Positions 27,039 to 36,629 of a stretch of DNA of 64,000 nucleotides are shown here, piece after piece. The notes below the pieces were generated by a model. It was not told the origin of the DNA. It did not search any database and saw only the letters and a list, made by a program, of their open reading frames with translations. The translations under genes were made by a program, and so were the position numbers. This DNA comes from an uncultured Pseudomonadota bacterium (GTDB lineage Bacteria; Myxococcota_A; Polyangia; Nannocystales; Nannocystaceae), in NCBI GenBank assembly GCA_913061055.1, contig CAJXVA010000004.1:505-64504 (forward strand). Reading direction: 5' to 3'. Position 1 is the first letter of the stretch, and the number at the start of each line of letters is the position of its first letter.

Positions 27039-28247
27039 ATGGGCCCAATGGCCAAGGACCCGCTCATCCAGATGCTGGCCGATCCAGAGCGCACCCCGAT
27101 CCGCGGAGCGCTTCCCGTCGTCACGATCCGGCCGGACGACGACCCGGACTACATCGACGCCGTACGACGGGTCGAGTCTGAGCGCATCGACCTGCAGCGC
27201 CGAGGTCGCGACCACGGCACCCTCGTCGAACTCCTGCGCCCCGACCTCTCGCCCAAACTCGACACCGCCCAGATGCAGGCGTGCTGGAAGCAGGCAGACC
27301 CCTTCGTTGTCCGAGATGCCGCTCCCAAGGCGGACGACGCCACGGCCATGCTCCCCGAGGGCTGGGCTGCTGGCCACGACGAACCCGGACGGTGGCAGCA
27401 CTGGATTGCCGACGCTGCTGCCGAAGAGGTGTCGCCTGCCGATGTACTTCTCGACGCGGAGCGTGACATCGGAAAGGCTGTGTGCACGAGTCGCAAGGCG
27501 TGGGCAAAACTGGGCAAGCTCTCCACCGCCGAGGGCGACGCATCACGCCGCTTGGCGTTCGGCGTCGGCGAGGAAGTTCGCGACGACGACCACCCCTCTC
27601 GCGAGCGACACACCGCGGTCTGGGACTGGGCGTGCTCTCTGCTACCCGCCCTGGGCGCGAGCTGGCCCGACTCCCTTCGCAAACGACTCGGGGGCGCCTC
27701 GGGCATGCCCCTGAACCCCAGCAACCCAATCGTGTACTGGAACCGCCCCAACGGCGGCGCGCTGTTCCATCACGACGCGTTGCCCGGATACCTCCCCAGC
27801 GATGTTGAGAGCGCGGAGCCACCGGTCAGCGGGCAGCGCGGCGTGATCTACGTCCAAGGCGCGGGCACCACCGTCTGGCTCAGCCTCTCCATCGCCGCGC
27901 TGGCGCAACGCAGCTGCGAGTTCATGCGCGACGTCGTCGACGGCGGCGCGCCATGGCTCTTCGACAGCTGGGTCAAGGAGGGCGTGTGGCAGCCGCTGTT
28001 CTTCGCCACCCTCGAGCTCGAGCCCTGCCTTCGGGCGTTGGCGCGCTCAGACGCAGGACCGCTTCGGCCCCTGGTGCACGGATGCCTGGAGTTCACGGGC
28101 TTCTTGATCGACTCGGGGCACGCTGCCGTGCTGCGTGCCGGCGACGCGATCGCACTTCCCAACCACGGACTCGACCGCACCGCGATGCACTCGGTCTACT
28201 GCGGGAGCAAGGGCCCCAACGTCGGGTTCTCGATCGGCCTTCGCTAG
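27039..28247 (+). CDS. hypothetical cytoplasmic protein, cupin/JmjC-like (tentative)
   Basis: ATG at 27039 (MGPMAKDP). GGALFHHD (HxD) and a distal LRAGDAIALPNHG..TAMHSV resemble the 2-His-1-carboxylate facial triad of cupin/JmjC oxygenases. Confidence 0.5.
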   Translation: MGPMAKDPLIQMLADPERTPIRGALPVVTIRPDDDPDYIDAVRRVESERIDLQRRGRDHGTLVELLRPDLSPKLDTAQMQACWKQADPFVVRDAAPKADDATAMLPEGWAAGHDEPGRWQHWIADAAAEEVSPADVLLDAERDIGKAVCTSRKAWAKLGKLSTAEGDASRRLAFGVGEEVRDDDHPSRERHTAVWDWACSLLPALGASWPDSLRKRLGGASGMPLNPSNPIVYWNRPNGGALFHHDALPGYLPSDVESAEPPVSGQRGVIYVQGAGTTVWLSLSIAALAQRSCEFMRDVVDGGAPWLFDSWVKEGVWQPLFFATLELEPCLRALARSDAGPLRPLVHGCLEFTGFLIDSGHAAVLRAGDAIALPNHGLDRTAMHSVYCGSKGPNVGFSIGLR

Positions 28248-28272
28248 CAGGGTTCACCGCCGCTACCAGCGG

Positions 28273-29112
28273 TCACCAGTCGCAGCCCCAGCGCTCGTAC
28301 TCGGGCTTGTGCAGAGCCCACGCGTCCTTCTCCGGCACGTATCTCCACACGTTGGTCGCCGTGTCCGACACGCCCTCGGACTTCGAGACGTAGACGATCT
28401 TCACGTCCCGGTGCCCGTCGCCATCGACATCCTCGTGGGTGACCTTCGCCTTCGTTGCTTCCTCTGGGTACGCATCCATCAGATGCCGCAGCTCTGTCGA
28501 CAGCGCCGGCTCGAGCGTGGGGTTAAGGTCGAAGATCTTCATCTCGGTGATCGTGTTCGGGCCCCCACCGGGGCACATCTCCGGAACCCGGACACGCACG
28601 AGGATCTCCGGCTCGCCGTCGTCGTCGTAGTCATCCGAGCGAGCGGTGACCGCAAATGGTGGGGGCCCGTCATCGAGCCACGGTGTGCTCGCACCGGTGA
28701 CCGCCTCGTGGCTCTGGGCGGCCCAGACTCCGTCGGTTTGTGCCAGCACAACCAACTCGACGCTCGCCTCGGAGACGCCCGTGAAGTTGCGCCAGACCAC
28801 GGCCGCGCGCCCATCCGAGAGCGGGACGATCGGTGCGAGCAGGGCCAGCTTCCCCTTCAGGACCGCCTTCGACGCCTTCAACGCCTGGGTCTTGGTCGGA
28901 GACCCCTTGGTGGGTGCCGCAGTCTCGCCTTGCTCGGCGGGAGGCGGCGCCTCGGGCTCACGAGTCGCGTCGACCGGTTCCACCTCGGCGTTCGGCACCG
29001 CATCGGCTTCGGGCACCAGGATGGGATCCTCCGGCAGCGGGTCCGCGGTGGGAGCGACCGCCCCCGAGCAGGCCGTCAACATCGCTCCGCACGTCCACAG
29101 ACCTACCCGCAT
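28273..29112 (-). CDS. lipoprotein with FG-GAP/VCBS-like acidic loops
   Basis: ATG at 29110-29112 gives MRVGLWTCGAMLTAC lipobox. DDYDDDGEPEILV and DVDGDGHRDVKIV loops. Confidence 0.6.
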   Translation of the reverse strand: MRVGLWTCGAMLTACSGAVAPTADPLPEDPILVPEADAVPNAEVEPVDATREPEAPPPAEQGETAAPTKGSPTKTQALKASKAVLKGKLALLAPIVPLSDGRAAVVWRNFTGVSEASVELVVLAQTDGVWAAQSHEAVTGASTPWLDDGPPPFAVTARSDDYDDDGEPEILVRVRVPEMCPGGGPNTITEMKIFDLNPTLEPALSTELRHLMDAYPEEATKAKVTHEDVDGDGHRDVKIVYVSKSEGVSDTATNVWRYVPEKDAWALHKPEYERWGCDW

Positions 29113-29125
29113 GCCCAAGGCTACC

Positions 29126-29737
29126 TCAGGCGGGCGGGACGAACACGCTTCCGTCGGGCATGCCTTCGGAAAACCACTGGTTGAGCAGCGCCTCGCGTTC
29201 TTCGGGGAACGAGCAGCTCCCCGGAGGCATGCCTCCATCGTCGATCGCATCCTGCAGCCGCTGCCCAAACGTTCCATCTCCCGCCGGCCGATGCATGTCG
29301 GCGTACTCGAGGAACAGCGTCCCACCCGGGGCGAGCAGTCCGGTGTGTTCCAGGTTCTGCGCGTTGCTCTCGAGGGTGTGGCACCCGCACGAGTTCTCGA
29401 GCGCGTCCGCAATCGATGGAGGAAACACCCCCGGCATGTCCCCTCGGGGCAGAGGGTCGAACAACACGCCGTGCGACGTCACCTCCACGCTGCACGGCGG
29501 CCCGTCGGGAACCGGACTTCCGGACGAAGAGCTCTCTTCGGCAACGGGCCCGGTCGGGTTCGTGGTCGTGGAGCCGGTCTGGGGGAGCGCATCGGAGGAG
29601 CTGCTCGAGCCCACGGCCGTCGTTTCCGTCGCGCCGGACTGGGTCGTGGAGCCGTCCGAATCCGGCGCCCCGCCCTCGTCGCCGGTCATCCCACATCCCA
29701 CGAGCATCAACCCCACCCCCCACAACATCCCCCGCAT
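29126..29737 (-). CDS. lipoprotein, PSCyt-like fold suspected but lacking CxxCH
   Basis: ATG at 29735-29737 gives [15 protein letters not shown] lipobox, then a Ser/Thr linker. C-terminal ALENSCGCH...GGMPPG...LLNQWFSEG is reminiscent of planctomycete-type cytochrome-c domains, but has CGCH. Confidence 0.55.
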   Translation of the reverse strand: MRGMLWGVGLMLVGCGMTGDEGGAPDSDGSTTQSGATETTAVGSSSSSDALPQTGSTTTNPTGPVAEESSSSGSPVPDGPPCSVEVTSHGVLFDPLPRGDMPGVFPPSIADALENSCGCHTLESNAQNLEHTGLLAPGGTLFLEYADMHRPAGDGTFGQRLQDAIDDGGMPPGSCSFPEEREALLNQWFSEGMPDGSVFVPPA

Positions 29738-29844
29738 GCCCACGAGCCTACCGTGGCGGGCCTCAAATCGCGCGGGGACGGCAGCCCCCGAGCCTGCAGA
29801 CTCGAGTCCACAGGGCCGCGCCTGGCTCGGGTAGGGTCCGCCCC

Positions 29845-31626
29845 GTGGCCTCTTCCACCCCGCTGCGGCGCTTGTTCTCCTACGCCCGCCATCGACGTCC
29901 CGCGATTGCCGTCGCCACAACCTACAGCGTCCTCAACAAGCTCTTCGACCTCGCCCCGCCGATGCTCATCGGGGCCGCCGTCGACGTCGTCGTGCAGCAG
30001 GAGGACTCCTTCCTCGCAGGGTTCGGTGTCGAGTCGGTGGACACCCAGATCCTCCTGCTCGCCGTCGTCACATTCCTGATCTGGGGGCTCGAGTCCATCT
30101 TCGAGTACGCCTACGCGCTCGCGTGGCGCAACCTCGCGCAGACGCTACAACACGAGCTTCGCCAAGACGCCTACGAGCACGTCCAGCGCCTCGAGCTCGC
30201 ATACTTCGAGGACCGCTCGACGGGCGGCCTGATGACGGTACTCGGTGACGACGTCAACCAACTCGAGCGTTTTCTCGACGACGGGGCGAACCAGATCATC
30301 CAGCTTGTCACCACCGTCCTCGCCGTGGGGGCCCTGTTCATTGCCGCAGTCCCTTCGATCGCCCCGCTCGCCATCGCGCCGACTCCCCTGGTGATCGCGG
30401 GTTCGCTGTGGTTTCAAAAACGACTCGCGCCTCGATACGCTGAAGTCAGAGCCCGCACATCGGACCTTGCAGCTGGCCTCGCGAACAAGCTGACCGGCAT
30501 CGCCACCATCAAGGCGTTTGTCGCGGAGGAAGCCGAGGCAGAACAGCTCGAACGAGACAGCAAAGCGTACCTCGATGCGAATGCAGCTGCGATTCGCCTG
30601 AGCTCGGCGTTCGTCCCGCTGATCCGCATGGGGATCGTCCTCGGCTTCACCGCCACACTTGTCCTGGGAGCAAGGATGGCGACGGACGGAACGCTCAACG
30701 TCGGACTGTACAGCGTGCTGGTGTTCATGACCCAGCGCTTGCTGTGGCCGCTCACCCGCCTCGGCAACATCTTGGACCAATACCAGCGGGCCATGGCGTC
30801 GACGCGGCGGGTGCTCGACTTGCTCGACACTCCGCTCGGCATCGAGGACGGCGAGACTCGGCTCAATCGCTCCGAAATCACGGGCGCGGTGGAGTTTCGG
30901 AAGGTCGGGTTCTCCTACGCCGAGGGGCCACCGGTGCTCGAGGATATTGACATCCGGATCGCGCCGGGCTCGAGCGTCGCCTTCGTCGGCCCAACAGGGT
31001 CTGGCAAGTCGACGTTGATCAAGCTCCTGCTGCGCTTCTACGACCCAAGCGCAGGATCGGTTTGTCTCGAAGGACAAGACGTACGTTCGTTGGCACTGTC
31101 GGACCTCCGACGTGCCATCGGACTCGTCAGTCAGGACGTGTTCCTGTTCCACGGGACGGTCCGCGAGAACATCGCCTACGGAGCTCCCGACGCATCGCCG
31201 GAAGATGTCGAACGCGCGGCGAAGCTGGCCGAGGCGCACGACTTCATCCTTCGACTGGCGGATGGGTACGAGACCTTGGTTGGCGAACGCGGGCAGAAGC
31301 TGTCCGGCGGGCAGCGTCAGCGCATCTCACTCGCTCGGGCGATCCTCGTGGACCCACCGATCCTGGTCCTGGATGAAGCGACGTCTGCCGTCGACAACGA
31401 GACCGAGGCTGCGATCCAGCGCTCGCTGCAACAGGTCGCCCTCGACCGGACCACGATGATCATCGCGCACCGCCTGTCGACGATCCGCAACGCCGACTGC
31501 ACCTACGTCGTTGAAGGCGGTCGAATCACGGAGCGTGGGACCCACGACGAGCTCCTCGGACTCGGGGGCACCTATGCCGCGCTATGGTCGGTGCAAACCG
31601 GCGAAAGATCGCAGCATGCCTCCTAG
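29845..31626 (+). CDS. ABC exporter, fused permease/ATPase (MsbA-like type I exporter)
   Basis: GTG at 29845. Six-helix TMD, Walker [10 protein letters not shown], signature LSGGQRQR, Walker [13 protein letters not shown]. Confidence 0.9.
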   Translation: MASSTPLRRLFSYARHRRPAIAVATTYSVLNKLFDLAPPMLIGAAVDVVVQQEDSFLAGFGVESVDTQILLLAVVTFLIWGLESIFEYAYALAWRNLAQTLQHELRQDAYEHVQRLELAYFEDRSTGGLMTVLGDDVNQLERFLDDGANQIIQLVTTVLAVGALFIAAVPSIAPLAIAPTPLVIAGSLWFQKRLAPRYAEVRARTSDLAAGLANKLTGIATIKAFVAEEAEAEQLERDSKAYLDANAAAIRLSSAFVPLIRMGIVLGFTATLVLGARMATDGTLNVGLYSVLVFMTQRLLWPLTRLGNILDQYQRAMASTRRVLDLLDTPLGIEDGETRLNRSEITGAVEFRKVGFSYAEGPPVLEDIDIRIAPGSSVAFVGPTGSGKSTLIKLLLRFYDPSAGSVCLEGQDVRSLALSDLRRAIGLVSQDVFLFHGTVRENIAYGAPDASPEDVERAAKLAEAHDFILRLADGYETLVGERGQKLSGGQRQRISLARAILVDPPILVLDEATSAVDNETEAAIQRSLQQVALDRTTMIIAHRLSTIRNADCTYVVEGGRITERGTHDELLGLGGTYAALWSVQTGERSQHAS

Positions 31627-31673
31627 GGTCACCCTGCCCCTTCGGGGCTAGACGCGCGCAACACGCAAATCCC

Positions 31674-31701
31674 TTGACAGGGGAGTTTTCGGAGCTATAG
31701 T
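31674..31701 (+). promoter_or_regulatory. sigma-70-type promoter candidate TTGACA-16 nt-TATAGT
   Basis: TTGACA at 31674-31679 and TATAGT at 31696-31701. Lies in the 245-bp gap between the ABC gene and the 31872 gene. Confidence 0.5.
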
Positions 31702-31871
31702 AAGGAGGACTCGCGCGGAGTTCTGCTTCGCGGGCGCTGTTTTCTGCGCTCGCGATGGCAACGGCCGCGACGAAACCAGGCGACTCGGCCTGGCAACAGC
31801 TGAAAAACCGCGATCCAACGCCCTGTCGCGTTTAGGAGCGTGAATCAAACAACCCCAACCCAGGAGCACTC

Positions 31872-32900
31872 ATGAGCGAAGCCATGCAAGCGTCGACGTC
31901 TAACCCCGCCCAACCCGCGATCACCCCGCTGGTTCGACACACCAAGAAGCAAGAGTGGGGGAGAGCGTTGCTGCTGTGGCGTCGCGAAGAGAAGCGGGCG
32001 TATCAGTTCGAAGACGGAAGCATGCGCGTGTTTGCTGAGCGCTTCTGCAGCATGCTTCAGCCCGCACTCCACCCGGACCCCGTACTCCGAGCCCGCCTTC
32101 AGGAGCAGGCCGTCGCCGGCGGACACGTTGGAGTCGCGGCCGGCGGATCCAAAGGCAAGGCCTCCCGCGGACCCATGCCGACAGTCGCCGACCAAGTCTC
32201 GGTGTTCGGGACCCTGTTCGAGGGCGGGTTTGCTGGCACGGCCTGGCGCAGTGCTTGTCGGGCCTCGGGCACGAAGAAGGTGCTCAAGCGACACGTCGAC
32301 CCGGCCGTCGAACGGGCGCAGGTCGAGCTTTCCGCAGACGCGCTCCGGGCCCACGTGGACTCAGGCAACCCGCGGGCCATCATCGACACGATCATGAGCA
32401 TCGTCGGCAGCACCTCGCTCGCAACGAAGACCCAACTCGCGGCGATCGGCGCCCTCGAGGTGGATGCAGCGCTGGGCACGGCGTTTGTCGACTTCCTCCA
32501 CGACGTTGGCGGAGCCGCTCGCGGACCCCTCGACCGACTGCGTATCGAGCTCGCGCGCCTTGGCCTCAAGAAGGTGCCATGGACGGTCCTCACCGCCGCG
32601 AAGGCCCTGCTACACCCGGAAACCCACCTGTTCGTGCGTCCCACGGCGGTGCGAGAGCAAGCCAAGCTGCTCATGCCCGGCTTCAAGCTGAGCACGGTCC
32701 CAACGCCGGACTCCTATGCGCGCTGTCTCGAGATGGCCGTGGGCATTCGTAACGAGCTTCGCAGCGCCGGCCTTGCGCCGCGGGACCTCCTCGACGTCGC
32801 CGAGTTCATGCGGGTCACGCTTTCGAAGAGCCAACGTGACGAGTTGCTTGGAGCGATGGCCGAACGCAGCCGGCCCAAGACCGTCGCACCGGTTCATTGA
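31872..32900 (+). CDS. hypothetical cytoplasmic protein
   Basis: AGGAG 7 nt upstream of the ATG. 342 aa, no signal peptide. The N-terminal VRHTKKQEWGRALLLW resembles small Tudor/DUF3553-like modules, a weak similarity. The rest is helical and unrecognised. Confidence 0.6.
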   Translation: MSEAMQASTSNPAQPAITPLVRHTKKQEWGRALLLWRREEKRAYQFEDGSMRVFAERFCSMLQPALHPDPVLRARLQEQAVAGGHVGVAAGGSKGKASRGPMPTVADQVSVFGTLFEGGFAGTAWRSACRASGTKKVLKRHVDPAVERAQVELSADALRAHVDSGNPRAIIDTIMSIVGSTSLATKTQLAAIGALEVDAALGTAFVDFLHDVGGAARGPLDRLRIELARLGLKKVPWTVLTAAKALLHPETHLFVRPTAVREQAKLLMPGFKLSTVPTPDSYARCLEMAVGIRNELRSAGLAPRDLLDVAEFMRVTLSKSQRDELLGAMAERSRPKTVAPVH

Positions 32901-32936
32901 TTGACGGCGGCGGCCGGTCCGCGAAAGACTGCGACC

Positions 32937-33791
32937 ATGCCCTGGCGCCGACCCATCTCCGTCGCGTTCGCCTCGCTCATCACCAGCCTCGGCTGTGACG
33001 GGCAACGAAAGCCCGACGAGCCGGTGGAGGATGGCTGGGCCATGGCCCGCAGCGCGCTCCTGGATGGGAGCAGCTGTTACGGCGAGACGCCTCTGTTGTG
33101 CCTGGACGACCAGGACTTTGTCGATGGAGCGATCGAGGCCGCGCTCGAGCACCGCTGGAAGGGCGAGATGCCGAAGACCCGCAAAGATGTGGAGCGGGTG
33201 ATCTCCAGTGCGCGAACGAAGTACAAGGCGTCGCTTCAGTCTGCCCCTGGCCTGAAGAAGCTCGAGCGCCTCGCCCAGGAGCGCTACGACAACCCCGCCG
33301 TGGACCTCGAGACCGTGCCGGGTGTGGCAGCGCTCGACCTCGGAGCGCTCCCCGGCGAGCTGCGCTCCAACCGGCGCGGCGCGGCCGTCGTCCTGAGTGA
33401 CACCGAGTGGGTAGAGACGTTTGACTGGAAGCCGTCCGAAGCCGGGAAACAGCTCGCGAAGTACGCGGACAAGTATCCCGACGCCGAGGAGATTCGGCTC
33501 GAGGTGCGCTACCCCTCATCTTCTGCTCGGCACTACGTGTACCGCTATGTTCGAAAGAGCAACGTCGTGGTTCACGCCGAGCTGGAGATCGGGCGTGGCT
33601 CCCCGTCGCAATACGTCTCCAATCCCGTCGAGGGGGGTCTGGACACCCTTCGCTCCGGTGCACTGAACCTGGGCAAGGCGGCCGGAAAAGTCTGCTATCC
33701 GGCGCGTCACCCCGGCGACACGGACTGTCGGATCTTGGATCGATACGGAGCGGCTCAGAAGAAGGCGAAGGACGAAGCCCGCCGTCGCTGA
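32937..33791 (+). CDS. lipoprotein, unknown function
   Basis: ATG at 32937 gives MPWRRPISVAFASLITSLGC lipobox. Lys/Glu-rich. Confidence 0.6.
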   Translation: MPWRRPISVAFASLITSLGCDGQRKPDEPVEDGWAMARSALLDGSSCYGETPLLCLDDQDFVDGAIEAALEHRWKGEMPKTRKDVERVISSARTKYKASLQSAPGLKKLERLAQERYDNPAVDLETVPGVAALDLGALPGELRSNRRGAAVVLSDTEWVETFDWKPSEAGKQLAKYADKYPDAEEIRLEVRYPSSSARHYVYRYVRKSNVVVHAELEIGRGSPSQYVSNPVEGGLDTLRSGALNLGKAAGKVCYPARHPGDTDCRILDRYGAAQKKAKDEARRR

Positions 33792-33794
33792 AGA

Positions 33795-35411
33795 TCAGCC
33801 GGCCTGTCGCAGCTCGAGAGGCTTCGGCACACGGACGACAATCTGCGTCCCCTCGTTGGGAGTCGAAGACACCGAGATGCTCCCCCGCCCCGCCCGAGCA
33901 GCCCGCCGCATCGCAGCCATCCCGACGCCGCGTCCGGAGGTCTCGGTCGTTCGTTCGGCTGATGACAGCCCGTCGTGAAAGATCAGCTCGAGCTGGTCCG
34001 ACCGCGACATGGTGGCCAACTCCGACGGATCGACGACGTTCATCGCGAGAGCCTTCTGCACGATTCGACCGATGTCGATCCCACGACCATCATCCGCGAC
34101 CGTCACAGTGTAGGCGTCGGCCAGGCTCGACACGGCGATACGCAGTTTTCCCTGCGACGGCTTGCCTCCCCGGTCGGCCGAATGCTCGATGCCATGGTCC
34201 ACAGCGTTGCGAACGAGATGGGTGAGGTTCCGGAAGACGGGGGCCATGATGTCGGGGTCAACACTGGTGGACATCCCCTCCAGCTCGAGGTGAATCGACT
34301 TGTCGAGCCGCTCGGCCAGCCCGTCAACAAACATGTCCATCGGGCCGATGAGCTCTGATGCTGGGCACTGGCTGATCGTCGTCGCCCATCGTCTCAGCTG
34401 AGCTCCGTGGTCCTGGTCTCGGACCGAGTCCACCAAATGGTGCAGCTCTCGCACCTTGCTTCGCGCGACGGAGCACGTGGGGTCGAGCGTGGGTTCGTAT
34501 GTCAGGCCAACGACATCTCCGGACTCCCTGAGGAACCGCTCCATCTCCGCATGCAAGAGCTTCACATGCGCCGGCGTGATGATGTCCTCATCCTCGACCC
34601 GATGGGCCGTGGCTGCCACATCAGACAGTCCCCACGACGCCGCGTTGCCCTTGACGGTGTGGACAAGACGCCGAACGACGGTTTGGTCGCTCAGAGCCTC
34701 GGCCTCCTCGAGGAGTTCCCGCGTATCCACGACAAAGCGTGAGAACGCGGCGCGCTGGCCGAGAATCGACACGAGCGTTCGGTTGCGTTGTGCGTCTCGC
34801 TGCGCCTCTTCCAGCGCCGTGATGTCGGAGACGGAGAGCAGCAGGGATTCAACGTCCCCGTGCTCGTCCCGAACAACGCTCGCTTCCACGCTCAGGATCC
34901 GACCGCGCACCGGGAACCTGGACGGGAGCTGGTCGAGCGAAACCTCTTCCGGAAGCAGGTCCTCGAAGACCTGATCCACCAGCAGTGCAATGCCGCACTC
35001 CATGCGCTCGTCCGCGTCGACGAGTTCACTGAGGAGCGTTCCGGCTGAGGGTTCCCGGCCGAACAAGTCGCTGCAGGACCGCGTAAACCCAGGCAACACT
35101 TCGAGCTCCCGACCGACGAGGAGGAAGCCAAAGGCCACGTTGTCGAGGATGGTGCGAATCGCTCGGGTCCGCTGGGCAACTTGTCCTTCGAGCAACTCGG
35201 CGTTGCGCGCGAGCTCTTGCTGACGTACCTCCATCAGAGCCCGGCGCCGTTGGTTTGCCTCCTCGCGCTGCTTCGCACGGGTCAGCTGCCTCGACAGAAC
35301 GGACTGCGACCCTCTGTCATGGAGGTCGACAACCTTCCGCTTGAGGAGCTCGGCGGTTCTCTCGGACGCGCGAGCGCGCCGCTCCCAGTTGATGTTCTCG
35401 AGGTCGTTCAT
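33795..35411 (-). CDS. HPt-domain histidine kinase (CheA-core-like, no CheW/P5 domain)
   Basis: Coiled coil, PAS-like segment, HPt motif VHTVKGNAASWGL, and HATPase_c (HLVRNAVDHGIE, DDGRGID, GRGVGM). Confidence 0.8.
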   Translation of the reverse strand: MNDLENINWERRARASERTAELLKRKVVDLHDRGSQSVLSRQLTRAKQREEANQRRRALMEVRQQELARNAELLEGQVAQRTRAIRTILDNVAFGFLLVGRELEVLPGFTRSCSDLFGREPSAGTLLSELVDADERMECGIALLVDQVFEDLLPEEVSLDQLPSRFPVRGRILSVEASVVRDEHGDVESLLLSVSDITALEEAQRDAQRNRTLVSILGQRAAFSRFVVDTRELLEEAEALSDQTVVRRLVHTVKGNAASWGLSDVAATAHRVEDEDIITPAHVKLLHAEMERFLRESGDVVGLTYEPTLDPTCSVARSKVRELHHLVDSVRDQDHGAQLRRWATTISQCPASELIGPMDMFVDGLAERLDKSIHLELEGMSTSVDPDIMAPVFRNLTHLVRNAVDHGIEHSADRGGKPSQGKLRIAVSSLADAYTVTVADDGRGIDIGRIVQKALAMNVVDPSELATMSRSDQLELIFHDGLSSAERTTETSGRGVGMAAMRRAARAGRGSISVSSTPNEGTQIVVRVPKPLELRQAG

Positions 35412-36550
35412 GCCGCACTCCGCTCGCTCGAGAACGCGACAGCGACGAGCGTCTGGTTGATGTGTAGTCCGTTGAGCTGCTCGCCGTACGTATCGAACCC
35501 AATCGACGCTCGGGAGACCGAAGAGACGACAGCTCCTAGTGCGTCCCAGGACTCCCGCTCCGTAGCCTCTAGCGCCCGCAGCACACAGTTGAACCCCAAC
35601 AGGAAGTCAACGGGCTCAGGTTCTCGAAGGGTGTCGAGATCAGACTCCAGCGCCTCCTCCATCTCATGGTGCGAGCCGACCTGCAGGACCATCCCCTCTT
35701 CAATCGCGCAATAGAACGTGATCGAGAGATCGTCGTTGATCGTCTGAATGCTACGGACGTAGTTCTCACCTTCGCATCGGAACATGATGGGGTGCGAGAA
35801 CGAGGCGCTCGTACCGAGTTCGTCTGGAGCTAGCCCCAGTGCCCTGGCGTATGCCTCCGCAGCCGGATATCCGTCAAACTCGTAGACCCGACGTGCAGCA
35901 GGTTCCGCTCGCGTCACCGCAAGCATGGCGGGCTTCGTGGTGAAGTGCTGGTGCTTCAACACGCGGAACTTGGTGCCCCGGCTTCGTGCCAGAACGACGG
36001 TTGCCCGGTCCTCTGCGGCCGTGCCGTTGTGGATGACCGTGGTCCGCTCAAATGCGAGATCGTCTCCTGCGGATCCTCCTGCCAGAGCAACCCCGGCCAG
36101 CCCCTCCGCGAGGGCAGATGAGACCCGTTCCTCGACCCGACAGAGCCCATCGACGAACAGCAAAGCGACAAACTCGTCGGGGTCGATCGTCTCGGGGTCC
36201 ACGCCGTGGCGCTCGAAGAGTGTGCGGGCGAGCGCATCACCGCGCGCGTCGTCGAAGCTGGCGAGCCCTTCAACGGACTCGACCACCCAGTCCACTCCCG
36301 TTTCGCACAACCCGGCGACGACCAGCGAGTTTCGCTGATGGCGTCCACCGAGGTGCTCTCCGGCCGTCGAGCAGCCCACGGTCGGGACGCCGGGGAATCG
36401 CTCCTCGAGGGCCCCCGCGACGGCGTCTCCATCGTGCTGTGAGCTGCAGAAGACGAAGATCATCTCCGGCGTTTCTGTCCACTCGCCGGTGGCTTCTTCG
36501 ACTGCCGCGGCCCCTTCGGTCCGCAACGATGAACCTTCCAGAGTTCGCAT
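35408..36550 (-). CDS. FIST-domain signal-sensing protein
   Basis: IFVFCSSQHD....VGCSTAGEHLGG matches FIST_N, followed by a FIST_C-like half. The stop overlaps the kinase ATG (ATGA). Confidence 0.7.
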   Translation of the reverse strand: MRTLEGSSLRTEGAAAVEEATGEWTETPEMIFVFCSSQHDGDAVAGALEERFPGVPTVGCSTAGEHLGGRHQRNSLVVAGLCETGVDWVVESVEGLASFDDARGDALARTLFERHGVDPETIDPDEFVALLFVDGLCRVEERVSSALAEGLAGVALAGGSAGDDLAFERTTVIHNGTAAEDRATVVLARSRGTKFRVLKHQHFTTKPAMLAVTRAEPAARRVYEFDGYPAAEAYARALGLAPDELGTSASFSHPIMFRCEGENYVRSIQTINDDLSITFYCAIEEGMVLQVGSHHEMEEALESDLDTLREPEPVDFLLGFNCVLRALEATERESWDALGAVVSSVSRASIGFDTYGEQLNGLHINQTLVAVAFSSERSAA

Positions 36551-36629
36551 ACCCAGACCTCATCGGCGCAACGGGCCCGAAGTTGACCTGGTTTGTCGAG
36601 ATCGGTGGTCGCGGTCCAGTCCGGGCCGC

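Noticed and set aside
29350-29420. SCGCH as a c-type heme attachment site.
   Set aside because: The canonical motif is CxxCH (known variants have longer spacers or CxxCK). CxCH is not an established heme-binding motif, so I do not call this a cytochrome.
31755-31835. 26-aa ORF (MATAATKPGDSAWQQLKNRDPTPCRV) in the leader after the strong promoter. Also the AAGGAGGA at 31702-31709.
   Set aside because: The ORF has no Shine-Dalgarno at suitable spacing. The SD-like sequence sits at the predicted transcription start and has no start codon within 5-12 nt. There is no supporting coding bias.
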